64,000 nt of DNA, taken from Lepidodermella squamata. Lineage: Eukaryota; Animalia; Gastrotricha. Within the stretch, counting starts at the first letter, position 1; every line of letters starts with the position of its first letter. The position numbers and the translations under genes were made by a program. The notes beneath the pieces are model-generated. The model was not told the origin of the DNA, ran no database searches, and was given only the letters and a program-made list of their open reading frames with translations. The stretch covers positions 186,001 to 250,000 of the forward strand of contig JBLDXI010000023.1 of assembly GCA_047495785.1 (NCBI GenBank). The letters run 5' to 3'. This document shows positions 1-12,477 of this stretch, piece by piece.

Positions 1-3
1 CAC

Positions 4-156
4 AAATCTATTAGCTATGATCATACCTAAAATCGTAGGTTAACGATCTTTCGCGAAGGTCTGTGCTTAATTGCTTGTTGTTTTTCAGATTTCTGTTAAT
101 GAAGCGGTGCCCCAGCGTCCAGGCAGTGTAACACTGAACCCTACTAGGAGAAACAC
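4..156. repeat. Non-coding repeat, copy A (copy B at 5318-5481)
   Basis: CATACCTAAAATCGTAGGTT..TTTCGCGAAGGTCTGTGC..TTCTGTTAA..AAGCGG..AGCGTCCAG is shared with 5336-5439, and TAGGAGAAA is also shared. It may extend beyond the left edge of the window. Confidence 0.85.
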
Positions 157-1383
157 TTTTTTGATACCTTAATATTCAAAACAGAGGACGGTGTTGTCAG
201 GACTGAGCCCCTGAAGCGTATGGAAAATGGAAATACTTTTTTAAATTCATAACATCAATCAATGAGTCACTGTGATCAAAATGAGACATGACATGCCACT
301 CATGACCATCACTATGGAATAAAGTGTTGAATTCTTCAGGGTACAGCGAACCTCGGCGGTTAAAACTTGACGGTGATGAAGTAGCGTTGACGAGCTATTG
401 AACATTTTTCCTCGATTGCCATGTTGCTCGCATTGAACCAGAGCGGGTAACTCGCCGAGCACGCGTTATTGGAACGTGACCCGAGGGTTAGAACCGGCTT
501 AGGGGCTGGTGGCTCAACTGTGTTGGAACAAATAGCGGGGAAAAAACTTGTGTGCGCATGGTGCCTTGTCATTAGTGAGAAAATGTTGTTGATTGGACCG
601 AATTCTCCAAAACGCGTGCTGCTTGGCGGTTTTGGCAGGGTGTACAGACGTTTGCGTTTATTCCTCAGAACACATGTTTGTTCTTTTTACTCGTCTTTAT
701 ACGTTACTCTTATTGTTCATTCAACAATTCTCCGCTTTTGAATTTTGAACCCTTCAGTACTAGTCGTGGCATTGCTGGATTTTGCAGCAAAGAGCTTATT
801 TATCGCAATTTATAACATTTGCGATAAGTATAACGAGATTCGGTAGTCGCAGGAAGTAGGCTATGGGGGAGATGATTTACCGAACATAAATGAGCAACTA
901 TGAACATATTATTGGAATGGTGAAGATCTTTCCGGCAACCCGATGAAAAACAGGATGGTCTCCACTGTAATCGTAGGAGTTTGATCATTTTGTCTCATAT
1001 TAAAGCTCCACACCTACATGCTAATCGAATTTCGAAATGTTACGCGAGTCTCCAAATGAGCTCAGCTCTATATCGTAATTCCGCAGTTTTTGCTGCCCGA
1101 TCGATTATCTTTCAAATGCTCATGTCAATCATAGTTTCTCAGAGGGAAAGCTCAACCCCATGTTGACTACTGAAACAGGTGACACTGTCAGAATTGTTCA
1201 CCAAGTGTCAACATTCTTTGCGAAGCAGTGAATTGAGAAGCGGAAAATAACGTTTAGGTATGCTTAGTAATTCCGAAAGGTGAAAATCTTTGGCAATAGA
1301 TCAGTGAGGATGAGTCGCTGTATTCCCAAGTATTCTTAATATTCCTATTGCATTGAAATATCATATCAGCCAAAATTCAAGAA

Positions 1384-4300
1384 ATGCTGCTCCAGTCGAT
1401 TGAAATTCTCTGTCTAGCCTCGAGCCTTAACATTTGCCTTGGTGAAAAGGTTTATGCTAACGCCAGCCTTCAAGGTCGAGTGCGATCCCGAGCAGTTACC
1501 GGGCAATCGGCGAATGCTTCAGCTGGGCGTGCTACGCTGAGCATCCTCGCTCATCTCAACTACGGCGGCTCCAGCTTCCCAGTCGGTCCGTTATGCACAA
1601 AAGCCATGGAAGTCGCTTTGGATCAGTTCGATTCGAACCGGGCCGCAAAACCGTGGCTTGACGGCTACGACCTCGAAATTCAAGTTATAGACGACCTTGT
1701 AAGTTGTGAAGAGCCGAAATCTATTAGAATTATTTTCAATACTTAGTGTGACGACGCTGCGGCAATTGACAGAACGATGCGTGAACTGTTGAACGGCGAG
1801 CAAGTTGACCGCGTGCCCCTCGTGATCACTGGTTGGTGCGCAACGGTCGGCCAGTCGGTCATCGCACAGGCTCTGAAGCAACTCAACATGACCGCAGTGA
1901 CAGTTTACATGCAGAATGAAGCTGCACTGTCACAGCCGAGCCGCTTCGACGCGGTCTACCAGCTGTTCTACGCGCCCATCGTGCAGTACGACGCACTTGC
2001 CTACTTGATGCTGCACTACGGCTGGAACCGGCTCGCCATTTTCTCCGAAGATCTGCCCTATTTCAATGACGTACGTGCAGTTTATCAACTAATCTTGAAT
2101 GTTATTACTCTTTCAAGCTCCGGCCCCTAAGATTTTCGCTTACCTATTTGCAATTAGCTTAAGACTAGCTTTTTCGAATTTAATCACTTATTATTATTCG
2201 TTTCGAAGCGATATGCTCGCAATTGACTACAGCAGACAAAAATAGAATTTCAGAACAATGTTTGAGTGCTTAAAATTTTCTAGAAGTTATTCCGCCTCGA
2301 CTTGAATCATGCCCTGATTAAGATAGTCGTGCAGCGTATCTTTTAGTTTTAAGATTTAAGACAGATTACTAGTACAATATCAGACAAGCATTGTAACGTT
2401 CGAGAAGTACCATCGTGGACAGTTAATAATTCTTTGATTAGATTATAACGCGTTTCAACCTTCAGGAATTGTTTCTCCGTTTCTCAGGGGTATCATATCT
2501 ACATGTAAGCCATTTTTTAATCCATAGGCTGAAAAGTACACGCTTCCCATGCTTGAACGCTTGAATATCAGCGTGGTGTGGCTGGGCAAGGTGACGTTCC
2601 TTTCGCAGGACTCCGCCGAAATGTCATCGGCAATGCGTGCCATGCGTTTCACCGAGCCACGAATCATCCTCTCAAACACAAATGCACCGATCAGCGTGGC
2701 TTGCTGGCTTCATCGATACGGCATGTACGGACCGAGTTACGTCATCCTGGCCAGCGATTGGAGCATCTTTGACCCGGCGACGGCTAAAATTCCCGACTAC
2801 GTCAAATCGTGGTGCACGAGAGCGATGCTGAAAGAAGTTGTTGAGAGTTGGCTATTCGTTTCTTACGCGCGGCAAAGCGACATTTACGGGCCGAGTTACC
2901 GCGACAATCTCGGCGTCAACGCAGCAGATTTTGCAGCGGCTATGGAAGCTAAGGTGTACGATGCGAAACAAGCCCCAGGCTACGCGGTGTGGCCGGGCGA
3001 TTGCTACGAAGTGGCTCAATTTGTTGGATTCGCCGTCGACCGCTTTGAACAGCTACTCAGGCAGCGATACAACTCAACACTCGCTGACTGGACTATGAAA
3101 TCTTCGAATTTCGTTGAGATGGGCCAGATTTTCCAGGGTCTCATGAAAGACGCAGTGAGTTCGCTTCGAGTTAATGGCAGCAAGGGCGCTTTCGCATTCG
3201 ATCGACAGACGTCGCGTAATACGCTCGGCTACAGCATGGCTTTCTCGCAGATGCGCTACGTCGATGGCAGTCTGACAAAGATAGTGATCGCATACTTTCG
3301 CTCGTCTGATACAACCGTGGCGTCTCTGAATGGAGGGCCTGTGTGGCGAGGCCGTCCAGCAGGTTACCTACCGCTTGATAGCGTCCGAATTGAACGAGTG
3401 GCCTTGCGCTACATCAACCATGTCGCGAGTTCTATTATGATTGGTGAGCTTTTTTCATCTTTAAAACACTTGGTTCGCTAACTCAACATAACTCTCCTAG
3501 GAATCTCTGTTCTACTTTTGCTGCTGAATTTGTTGATTGTGCGTTCAAGTTGGCGATACAAGGAATGCGATCCGAAACGATTCGACTGCGCACTTGAGGA
3601 TGGTTTCATTCGGTTTGCCGCCGCTCTGATGATGTGCTACGCTCCTGTGGCTTTCAGCTTCAGCGAGCAGTCCTCTGTGAGTGTTAACTGCCACAATATG
3701 GCCGCCGCCTTCCTTCTGAGTGTTGGCCTGAGCGCAAGTCTTTCGGGATGCTTCGTAAAGTTCCTTCGAGCTGGCCGTTGGCTGGAGTCGCGTTCTGCTC
3801 AGCGGCCGTTGCCGAGCCTGCTCATTGCCGTTCCATGGATTGCGTTGCAGATCGGGCTAAACGGCGCCTTACTTAGATACTCGTCCTTCGTAAGCGGAGG
3901 TGGGAGGCTCGAGATGCCGAGGCACTACTCGCAAGACCAGGGTGTCGCCTACCTTCCCTACATGCATGTGACTCGCTTAGATTGGGACCATCTGGTCACG
4001 CTTGGACTCGTAGCTGCAATAATTGTATCGCAGGCTTTTTCTTGGCTTCTACTTTGCTTCAAAATCTACGACGTTCATCTTGTAAGTCTTCCATGCCTTC
4101 AAGTTTCGCAACTGTTGTAGAGTTTTGAAGACTATGCATCAATTTTCTTTTATCAGAAGTGTAAACATGCCCGGCCTCGCCGTTTGTTCCGAAGAATCGT
4201 CAGGGATCTTCAGCCGGCAATTCGATGCGCTCAGCTGCAGGTGGTCACCATATTAGGCGGGCTGCTCATCGGCGTTTTGGTTGCCGGCAGCGATATGGCT

Positions 4301-4483
4301 CTTCAGCTGAGTATCTCATGCATAGCATTGAGTTACTGCGCTCTGCACTTGGCTCTAGTTGATGGCAAATGGCTGCGGCGACTTTTTCTGAAGACGAAAC
4401 CACATCAACAACCTTCAACTAGTCTTAGGCCGCACGTTTTCATCTGTAATTCGAAGGAAGCGAGGCGAGAAGTCACTAAGTGA
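1384..4483 (+). CDS. Orphan class C (GABA-B-like) GPCR, paralog 1: signal peptide, Venus-flytrap/ANF-receptor domain, TM domain; 5 exons
   Basis: Exons 1384-1698, 1747-2070, 2528-3443, 3501-4081 and 4157-4483 join in frame across GT-AG introns. It is colinear with paralog 2 (AHLNY..VGPLCTK..ALDQ; GWCxxxGQ..IAQA.KQL; AMRxxEPRI; FDPATAKIPD). There is no cysteine-rich domain, as in GABA-B type receptors. Confidence 0.8.
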
Positions 4484-5317
4484 AAGAACAGGAGTTTTCG
4501 CTTTGTTGCGTAATTTCTCCTTCGCACGAAAGGCTTGCCAATAGCCAAAGTCAATCAGGGCGATTTGATGATTTTTTGAGTGAGACGAACTCAGGCATAG
4601 TACAACTTCAGCTGACTTTCGAAGAAGTTTTACAATATACAATGTACAATCGCCCACCTTCGTGTTTAATCATCAGCGCAGATACATTTTCGCGTTGACC
4701 CAGCAAGAAGCAGAGAGGGTGTTTCGTATCACGCGTGCATATAGCAGGCTCCTCTCCCCTATGTGAGTTACTGAAGGAAACTCGACACTTGAATGACTGA
4801 GGCAAGATTTTGATTAAGCCATTAAGAAAAGGAGCGCTATTTGTGTTGAGATACCCAGCATTCAAATAGAGCTAACTATCGGCCTACTAGCGCAGGCGAA
4901 ATGATAGCTGGATAGTTCGAGGAAGAAATGCGATACTTACAACCTCTTACAAGCTAGAAGCGGTATTTTCATGAATTTTCAACAGCAATTCGAATATCCC
5001 CAGTTATCTACCATATATTTCGCACACTTTACAGATTTCCGTCGAATATGGTGCCAAGCGATCTATCTCCATGATTGCATTGATATAAATTATATATTCC
5101 AGGTCTCGCGATTGTTTAAGAATAGCAAAGGTTCAGAGGCAGCATTTTCAGTTGCGAAGTCGCCTTCTTTAACCGGAAGCTTGACCAATTAGGAGCATCC
5201 GATTTATTTATGAATATTTCATTAAAATAAATGAAGTCAAGGAGACGTGCTACAGGCTAATAACGATGCAGCTGTTCACGTGTCAATCGCTATTATTTGT
5301 GCCCTCTTCGCGCATAT

Positions 5318-5481
5318 AAATCTCTTCGCAACTGCCATACCTAAAATCGTAGGTTGACAATTTTTCGCGAAGGTCTGTGCATAATAGTTAATTATTTCAA
5401 ATTTTCTGTTAACAAAGCGGCGCTCTAGCGTCCAGACAGCACGCATCGTGCAGCACAGGACGCTATTAATAGGAGAAAAAC
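5318..5481. repeat. Non-coding repeat, copy B
   Basis: Direct-orientation similarity to 4-156. Confidence 0.85.
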
Positions 5482-6243
5482 ATGTTCAATAGTATCCTGA
5501 CTTCAACAAAGTTTGAAATGGATTAGATTGACATTCAAGAAAAGGAAACCGCACATTAACAATTAACTGCTGTTCTTAATCAATTTTTGATTTCTCCATC
5601 AATGTAAAACAAGTTCAGATTGCTCCACAGAACATCAGTCAAACCTTAGATCTAAAACCATTCGACAGATTTTGGGAAACCCCAAATTATGATCTAGAGT
5701 AAGAGTGAGTGAAGAGTGAGATAAATGAAGAGAGAAGGATAAAAGCGATGGGGCAATCATTCCGGAAATTCAAGATAATTGGCCTAATCTTTTCTTGATA
5801 TATAAGTATGATTCTTTGGAAATTGAATTAGGGTGTTTCCTCCATGGCAGTGGAACTCGGGCTAAAATATGCGATAGATAGCAGTTTTACTTGGATTGAT
5901 CAAGTCTCTTGTTCGATACTGTTCGGGCTTGGATTGGACAATGTGTCTAGTTCTTCCACTGAGCGCTTTCGGACATTTTATATATTTATGGCCTAAAAAC
6001 AATCGTCCAAAGTCCTTCCAGCCGCAGACGCCGTTTCAAATATCGATATAGCAAATGTCTCTGGAGCCCCCTCTCGTGTCTGACCTAGAGACGTGCTTAA
6101 TTGACAGCTCGTGTGTTGTTGGCAAGCAACACCGACAGAACGTGAGATTTACAAGCTGTGGTTTCCGGTTACACATACAGCGGCGCCGCAAAGATAACTC
6201 GATAAACAACACTCATTTAATTAAATTCACCTCTTCTAAAGAA

Positions 6244-8917
6244 ATGATCATCACAATTTTCTTAATACAGTTCGCCTTCTCCATGAAGGCCGAGTCGCAA
6301 CGATTTTTCCCGAATGCTTCACTGGAACCGACTGTGAAAACAAGTTTGAAGCTGCCCCAGCCGATGAAGGTGCTGAAAATGGTGGCGCATCTCAATTACA
6401 AAAATGCGATCAACTCTGTGGGGCCATTGTGCACGAAATCCATCGAGCTAGCGCTAGACCAGCTTCACTCCATTAAAAATTGGCTGCCGGGTTACGAGCT
6501 TCAGGTCGATATCATAGAAGACGAATGCGTCGATGGCATCGCTATTCAACGAACTGTGAAAGAGCTCGTCTGGCCTAGTGCGGACCGAACCCCCGTCGTC
6601 TTCCTAGGCTGGTGCGTGCCGATTGGCCAGGTGCGAATCGCTCAGGCTATGAAGCAACTCGACTTCTTCGGCTTCACCCACTATCTCTCTGTTGGAGATG
6701 CATTGACGAACAGACCGAGGTACAACGCAGTGTACCCTCTCACGAAAACCTCGCTGGGCCCGCAGGAAGGTATGGCCGGGTTCGCCGCCAAAATGGGCTG
6801 GTCTAAAATCGCGGTAATTACGGAGGATATCGCGTTTTTCAACGAAGCCGAGAACGAGATTCTGAGCTACTTCGCTGCGAGGGATATCAAAGTAATTTGG
6901 TATGGCAAGGTGAGCACAAACTTCAAAAATGACGAAATGTTGACGGCATTTCGAGCTATGCGAACACATGAGCCAAGAATTGTTCTGGTGAACGCGAATA
7001 ACGGTATCATGCTGTCGTGCTGGTTCCATCGCTTCGGCATGTTCGGGCCTAGTTTCGCGTTCTTTGCAACAGGTTGGGCAGCATTCGACCCTGCAACAGC
7101 TAAAATCCCTGACTCAGTCGCGGATTGGTGTACCCGTGAAAAATTAGCTGAAGTAGTTGAAAATTGGCTCATTGTTGGCTTTGGAACTATGCTCGACATT
7201 TTCGGACCGAGTTTTGAAGACTCGAGCGGGCTAAATGGGACGGAATATACTCGGAAAATGGAGGCCAAAGTTGTTGATGCGACAAAAATACCTGGTCTGA
7301 CAAGTTTCGGCCCTATTTGCTACGACATCGCCCTGTTTTCCGGCTACGTCCTTCATGAGGCTGAAATGGTGCTGCGTCGCAGCTACAACTCAACGCTATC
7401 TGAATGGACTGTTTTGTCCGATAATTTTCGAACGAACAGCAAAACCTTCTCGCAGATTTTCAAACAAGCCGTCTACAACACTGCAGTCAACGGGTCGAAA
7501 TCATTCTATTTCTTCGAGGAATCAACTACTCAGAATACGAAAGGCTACAACCCGGTTGTATTTCGGAAGGCGATGTATCCAACCGAAGCGAAAGTAAATC
7601 TTCAAAGGCCGATTGTGGCGTACTATCAGGCCAGTGATTCTTCGGTTTTCAACATGAATGGAGGTCCAAGGTGGAAGACAGCTAATAATCGCCCTCCCGG
7701 AGATACAGTCCGATTGCTCGCTATTCCTTCGGATGCTTTGTCCCAACTGAGCTTTTGGATTCTGTTCGGTATTGCTTTAGCTGGTGCATTTGTAGCCATA
7801 GTTGTTGCTATAATCAATCTAACAGCCTATGGCAGGAAATCTTCAAAAATCAAAGTTGTCCTGAATGACCTGTTTCTGCTGGAAAACTGTGTGATTTTTC
7901 TTGGCAATGCCGTTATGATATGTTATGCTGTGATTGCGGTGCCATCGGATCGAACTTCGAAAGTTCTCGTGACTCAGCACTGCTCGTCGGGAGGATTCTT
8001 GCTAGCAATCGGCTACACTCTGGTTTCAGTCGGTTTCTACTCGAAACTTGAACGTGGCAAGCGCTACATCAGCGCAAACACCGAATCGACAGCAGCTCCC
8101 CTGCCTAGCCGTTTAACTTCGATTTTCAAATATATAGGCCCATGGCTAGTGATTCACATTGGTCTCATGGTTGGGCTGATAGTGTCAGGAGGGCTTGAGG
8201 CCCAGTTTCTAGAGGAGACAAGGCGCTACTCGGCAGATGCGAGTATCGCTTACGTTCCTTTTCGTTACGTTTGCCGATTGAACATGTCAAACGAAGCTGC
8301 ATTGGGCATTTTGTTCTGCATGGGGATACTTCATGTCCTTGCGATTTTGGTCATGTGTTTCCAAGCCTATCAAACCAAAGTGGTAAGTTTTGATTCAAAT
8401 GAGTTGTTGAAATAATCCAAGTTGGTTCGTTTCAGAAATGTAAAATTGCCGCTGCTCCTCCTAAAGCAAAAGTCTCGATATCTCAGACTCAGCCGGTCTG
8501 GCGGCGGAAGAGTAGGACGTCCTCCGTGGTCATCGATGCTCGAGGAACACGAGCTACCAGCATCGGATCTCGTCAACAGCTCAACAAAGCCCCGCGTGAA
8601 AGCGTCGAAGAGTCTACGGCGATATCTCCAGAGGTCCGAGTCGCTCTTTTAGCAGCTTCTGACGAGCTGAAATCCGCCGTTAACTGCATCTACTACGAAA
8701 CCCTCATCATAGTCGCTGCGATTCTGATCGCGATGATGCAGATCGGCAGTGATGAAGCTCTTCATATTTCAGTTTCTTCCATGACGATTGCGTTTGTTTT
8801 TACGAATATGTTGGCAACTTTCATCCCAAAATTCGTGAGTTTACAATCAAATATCCACATTCTGGGTTAATAATTTTTCCGTAACAGATGTCATCGAAAT
8901 CGGCAGTTTCTCACTAA
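6244..8917 (+). CDS. Orphan class C (GABA-B-like) GPCR, paralog 2; 3 exons
   Basis: Exons 6244-8382, 8436-8834 and 8888-8917. Signal peptide MIITIFLIQFAFSMKA; flytrap motifs (LPGYELQV..DEC, GWSKIAVI); seven hydrophobic segments, with TM5 ending AYQTK and TM7 ending FIPKF (class C F-x-P-K motif). Confidence 0.85.
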
Positions 8918-8942
8918 AAATACATTTTATTATCATCAACCT

Positions 8943-10148
8943 TTAAGAATAAACCTTGAGATAAGACTTGGATAAACCCTCTCCTGGGAAGTTGTGCAAG
9001 CCAAAATCTGTGACCCAAAGTAAGAAAATGGCGCAAATAAGCGAAAATTGAACGTAGAATCTTGAGGTAAAAATGACGTGATAACCAAAGAAAATAACCA
9101 AGCTGGATAAGACTACGGTTTCAACGATAAAAGTGGCTAAGGTTAACTTGATCTCGGCGATACTTCTGTAATTATTCGCTGGAGGTAAGAAAGTTGCCGC
9201 TGAACAAGAATGCCATAGAAAACAAGCGGCTAAAAGCCCGTTTTCAAAAGTGTTGGCCAAGTCAGGATGAAGATTTATCTTACCCAACTTTCCATACAGA
9301 GCATGGAAAGAAACACTAGCTGTTAAAATACATGCTAACGCTGAGAAGAGGACATTTAGAGATTTCATCGCTATGGAGAAGCCGTAGCCCTGAGCACAAT
9401 ACGGTTTGTAAACGAAAAGATTCGCAGTTTCGTCGATAACTGCTATAGGACAGATGACTTTGCGTAGATTCATCGATTGAATTAAATGAGCGATGAGGCC
9501 GAAACACACTGCGGACAGACCGAGGACAAAGATGAAAGGGATAGCTAAACTAGGAATTCCACAATGTTGAATGAAGCCTAAATTAACTTCATGATGCGAA
9601 ACGGTCAAATATATCATAGAAGCTAAGGATCCTACTTCAAGAATTCCGTCTATAAAGAAGATGGACGCGACTAAGTAGAACTCGGCTCTTCTGGCAAAAG
9701 TTACTTTACCAATGAATCCTAGAGTGATGCAGATGTGAATTATACTTATGATCAGAGGGAAACGAATCGGGATTATGTCATTGAAGCAGCTGGAGCGGCA
9801 GTCTTCTTTCAAAGATGTAATGATGTCCTTCCCAGTACCATTGTCGATGATTCGACTCCCCTGTACTCCGAGAGCTTTGATCAGGACTAATTCGATTTTC
9901 TGCAAATTTTTCTCCGGCTCCTTCTTCTCTGTTTTCAGCTTGTTGTAAGCATCCCAAGAAGGATTTGCTAGGGCTGGATCGAACTCATCGTTGCAGCGAT
10001 TCGGGCACGTTGACAAGTTGATGTAGCCGAAAGCTGCCCACCATATGAAGATGACCTGCAGAATGGCGAACAAGCATTTGAAGCATTTGCAAGTAATTGC
10101 AAGTTTCTCATTTCGATACACAGCGTTCGGAAAAACGATCGGTGCCAT
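8943..10148 (-). CDS. Uncharacterised intronless multi-pass membrane protein (401 aa, roughly 9-10 hydrophobic segments)
   Basis: Long ATG-initiated ORF with repeated hydrophobic stretches and a Cys-containing loop after the first one (TCPNRC...EDCRSSC). Family not recognised. Confidence 0.65.
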   Translation of the reverse strand: MAPIVFPNAVYRNEKLAITCKCFKCLFAILQVIFIWWAAFGYINLSTCPNRCNDEFDPALANPSWDAYNKLKTEKKEPEKNLQKIELVLIKALGVQGSRIIDNGTGKDIITSLKEDCRSSCFNDIIPIRFPLIISIIHICITLGFIGKVTFARRAEFYLVASIFFIDGILEVGSLASMIYLTVSHHEVNLGFIQHCGIPSLAIPFIFVLGLSAVCFGLIAHLIQSMNLRKVICPIAVIDETANLFVYKPYCAQGYGFSIAMKSLNVLFSALACILTASVSFHALYGKLGKINLHPDLANTFENGLLAACFLWHSCSAATFLPPANNYRSIAEIKLTLATFIVETVVLSSLVIFFGYHVIFTSRFYVQFSLICAIFLLWVTDFGLHNFPGEGLSKSYLKVYS

Positions 10149-10927
10149 TTATTCAAAAAAAGAACCGAGTCTACGATAGAAACAGCCATAATATACTACT
10201 ACAAAGAACTGATCATCAAACAAACATTACAAACGGATGGGAATGCCTTTTTCCGCTTTTTGATACAAATCAGCTTGGGTTTTTCCTGGATTTTCCTAGT
10301 ATTTTTGAATACACTTGTTCCTATGAAGCCAATTTGGAAATTATTGTGGAGTTCCCCAAATAATTTGGAATATTTTTCTGGCTCCTATTGGAGTTCCTAC
10401 TGTTTAATTTCACGACTTGGGGCGAAAATCTGGGATAGATCGGGAGCAAATGTGATATCCGAGAGTTGCTGACAGTCTGTTATGTTGAATTTTGACCAAA
10501 TGAATTTTCAGAAAAAAAAATTGGCTTCAGCGATATTCATCAATCAAGACTTTGTAGCAAAACTGTTAAGTATCTGTTGTAGTAACGAGTTCGTTCGACT
10601 CTGTTAAAAGCATATCCTTCCATGTGTCTTAAAACAGTATTTCCGTTACACCATTAGCGAGTTCTTATTCACTCGTCAAAGAGCGAGCAAGGTGAGAGTC
10701 TAAATACCATTAAGGTGTTTCGTTACAACAAACCATCGGGGCATTGCATAAATCTCATCAAAGACGAGTGTATAAGAAACGGCGCAGTCTGCGAGCCGCT
10801 GATGCGCCGAATCCAAACAAATCCTAGTCAGAGCGGAGAAAAAACCAGCTTAAGATAAACGATTGTATTAATGCATTTATTATGGTCTGTTGTAAGTGAT
10901 TGTTTATAATGCATTCGGTTGCAATAA

Positions 10928-11383
10928 TCACGAGCCGCCGTACTTTTTCAACACCTCAAGAGTTGCCAGTCTATTATTATCCGTAGAATTGCCAATTTTC
11001 GGCGCCTCGACGTTCTCGAAAGCTAACCGGTACGGCGTGAAACCGTTCTCGTCGCGTTCATTCACCTTCGCGCCTCGTTTCAGTAACAATTCGCACGTTT
11101 TGTAGCGATGCAAACTTGCAGCCTCCAACAAAGCAGTTTTATGCGGCCAGCCGAGGCTTGTCTCCTCAAGGCTTGCTCTACCTTCGTCAATCAGAAGCCT
11201 AACAATGTCCAAATGGCCAGCGCTGGCTGCTTTTATCAGGGCAGTGTCGCCGTAATGCTCGCAGTAGCCATCTACGCTGATGAGCTCGTTCAATTCGTCA
11301 GATGAAAGGATCCGCCGCACTGTTTCGACGTCTCCGGACCCAGCAGCTTCGACAAATTCTGCCTGCAGTTTTTGTCGGTGCAT
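10928..11383 (-). CDS. Small ankyrin-repeat protein
   Basis: Ankyrin motifs EAAGSGDVETVRRIL, GDTALIKAASAGHLDIVRLLI, TALLEAA..TCELLLKRGAKVN and GFTPYRLA. The first in-frame ATG is at 11383; an upstream exon is not excluded. Confidence 0.85.
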   Translation of the reverse strand: MHRQKLQAEFVEAAGSGDVETVRRILSSDELNELISVDGYCEHYGDTALIKAASAGHLDIVRLLIDEGRASLEETSLGWPHKTALLEAASLHRYKTCELLLKRGAKVNERDENGFTPYRLAFENVEAPKIGNSTDNNRLATLEVLKKYGGS

Positions 11384-12477
11384 GTTGTTAACATTTGCTT
11401 TTCGTAACAGCAAATTCAAGCTAGTTTTAATCCAGCTGATGTCCTTTTTCAAATCTGATATTGTTTTCTGGTCTAATGAGGACCCGTATGCTGTTGACAG
11501 CGAAGAATGAGAGTTGAACGCAGATCGGTCCGACGAGAGCTGTAAATGAGATGTGATAAAAAAGCCTGAACAGCTAGAGGTGCAAACAAAGTGAAATTCA
11601 AGATGCAGAGAAAACCTTAGATTGGGAATGCTGAGAGGTTTATGTGTTTTTGTTCAATAACGCCTTCAAAGACTCACAACTGTTAGTTCAGAGTTGGGAC
11701 TCCTTTGCTGCCTCCATGCTGCAACTGCTCGGTGCAGGCCCAAATAGTTGCCGAACAGCTTATGAACTTCCTCATCCGAAATGGCGGCAAGATCGTCGGA
11801 ATTCAGAAAGTGGGCTGATGAACCGAAATTGGCATTTAATTACATATGATTCAAACGCATGTTTTACCGTCTAAAATTGCTTTGATCGCCGCGTTTTTGT
11901 TTGCATCGCTCGAGTAAATGGCAGCCACTGACATGGCTCGTCAAGCGTCAGATTCTCTTTAAATAAGTAAGATCTTATCTGACGAGCCGACAAGTATACG
12001 CAGGTATGACGAAGACTTTCTTCAATTGAAATTGCGTGATGAATGAACGTGAAAAAATAGACTTGACTTTAGAATACCTTCATATGCAGTAGCTCACATC
12101 ATTGTACTATGGGTCAAGTGTTGAGATGAATGAATAGATAAAAAAACGATTCTGAGATGAAAATAAATAAGCCAATATTTTTTATTAGCGAAGGTAACTA
12201 AATGGGTGAGCTTGAAACACTCACGTAAGTGCCCCGATATTAGCAAAGAAAATAAACATTTAATCCGCAGTAGTTAAAGCTCAGTTGTCTAAAAAACAAG
12301 CATTACAGTCGAAGTCATTAAACATTTGCACGATATCGACATTTAATTAGCATTAATAAGTAACCAAAATTAAGATTATGAAGTTGTAACATTAAAACAT
12401 CAAATAAAGGAGGCATGTTTTTAACGTCAGATGACCTGTAACAATAAGTATTGAAACGTCACAATTTGGCTAGTTAC

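Noticed and set aside
259-741. Short overlapping ORFs on both strands
   Set aside because: No recognisable domain and no convincing splice structure.
6055-6243. N-terminal extension of the 786-aa ORF
   Set aside because: The signal peptide and alignment to paralog 1 favour the ATG at 6244.
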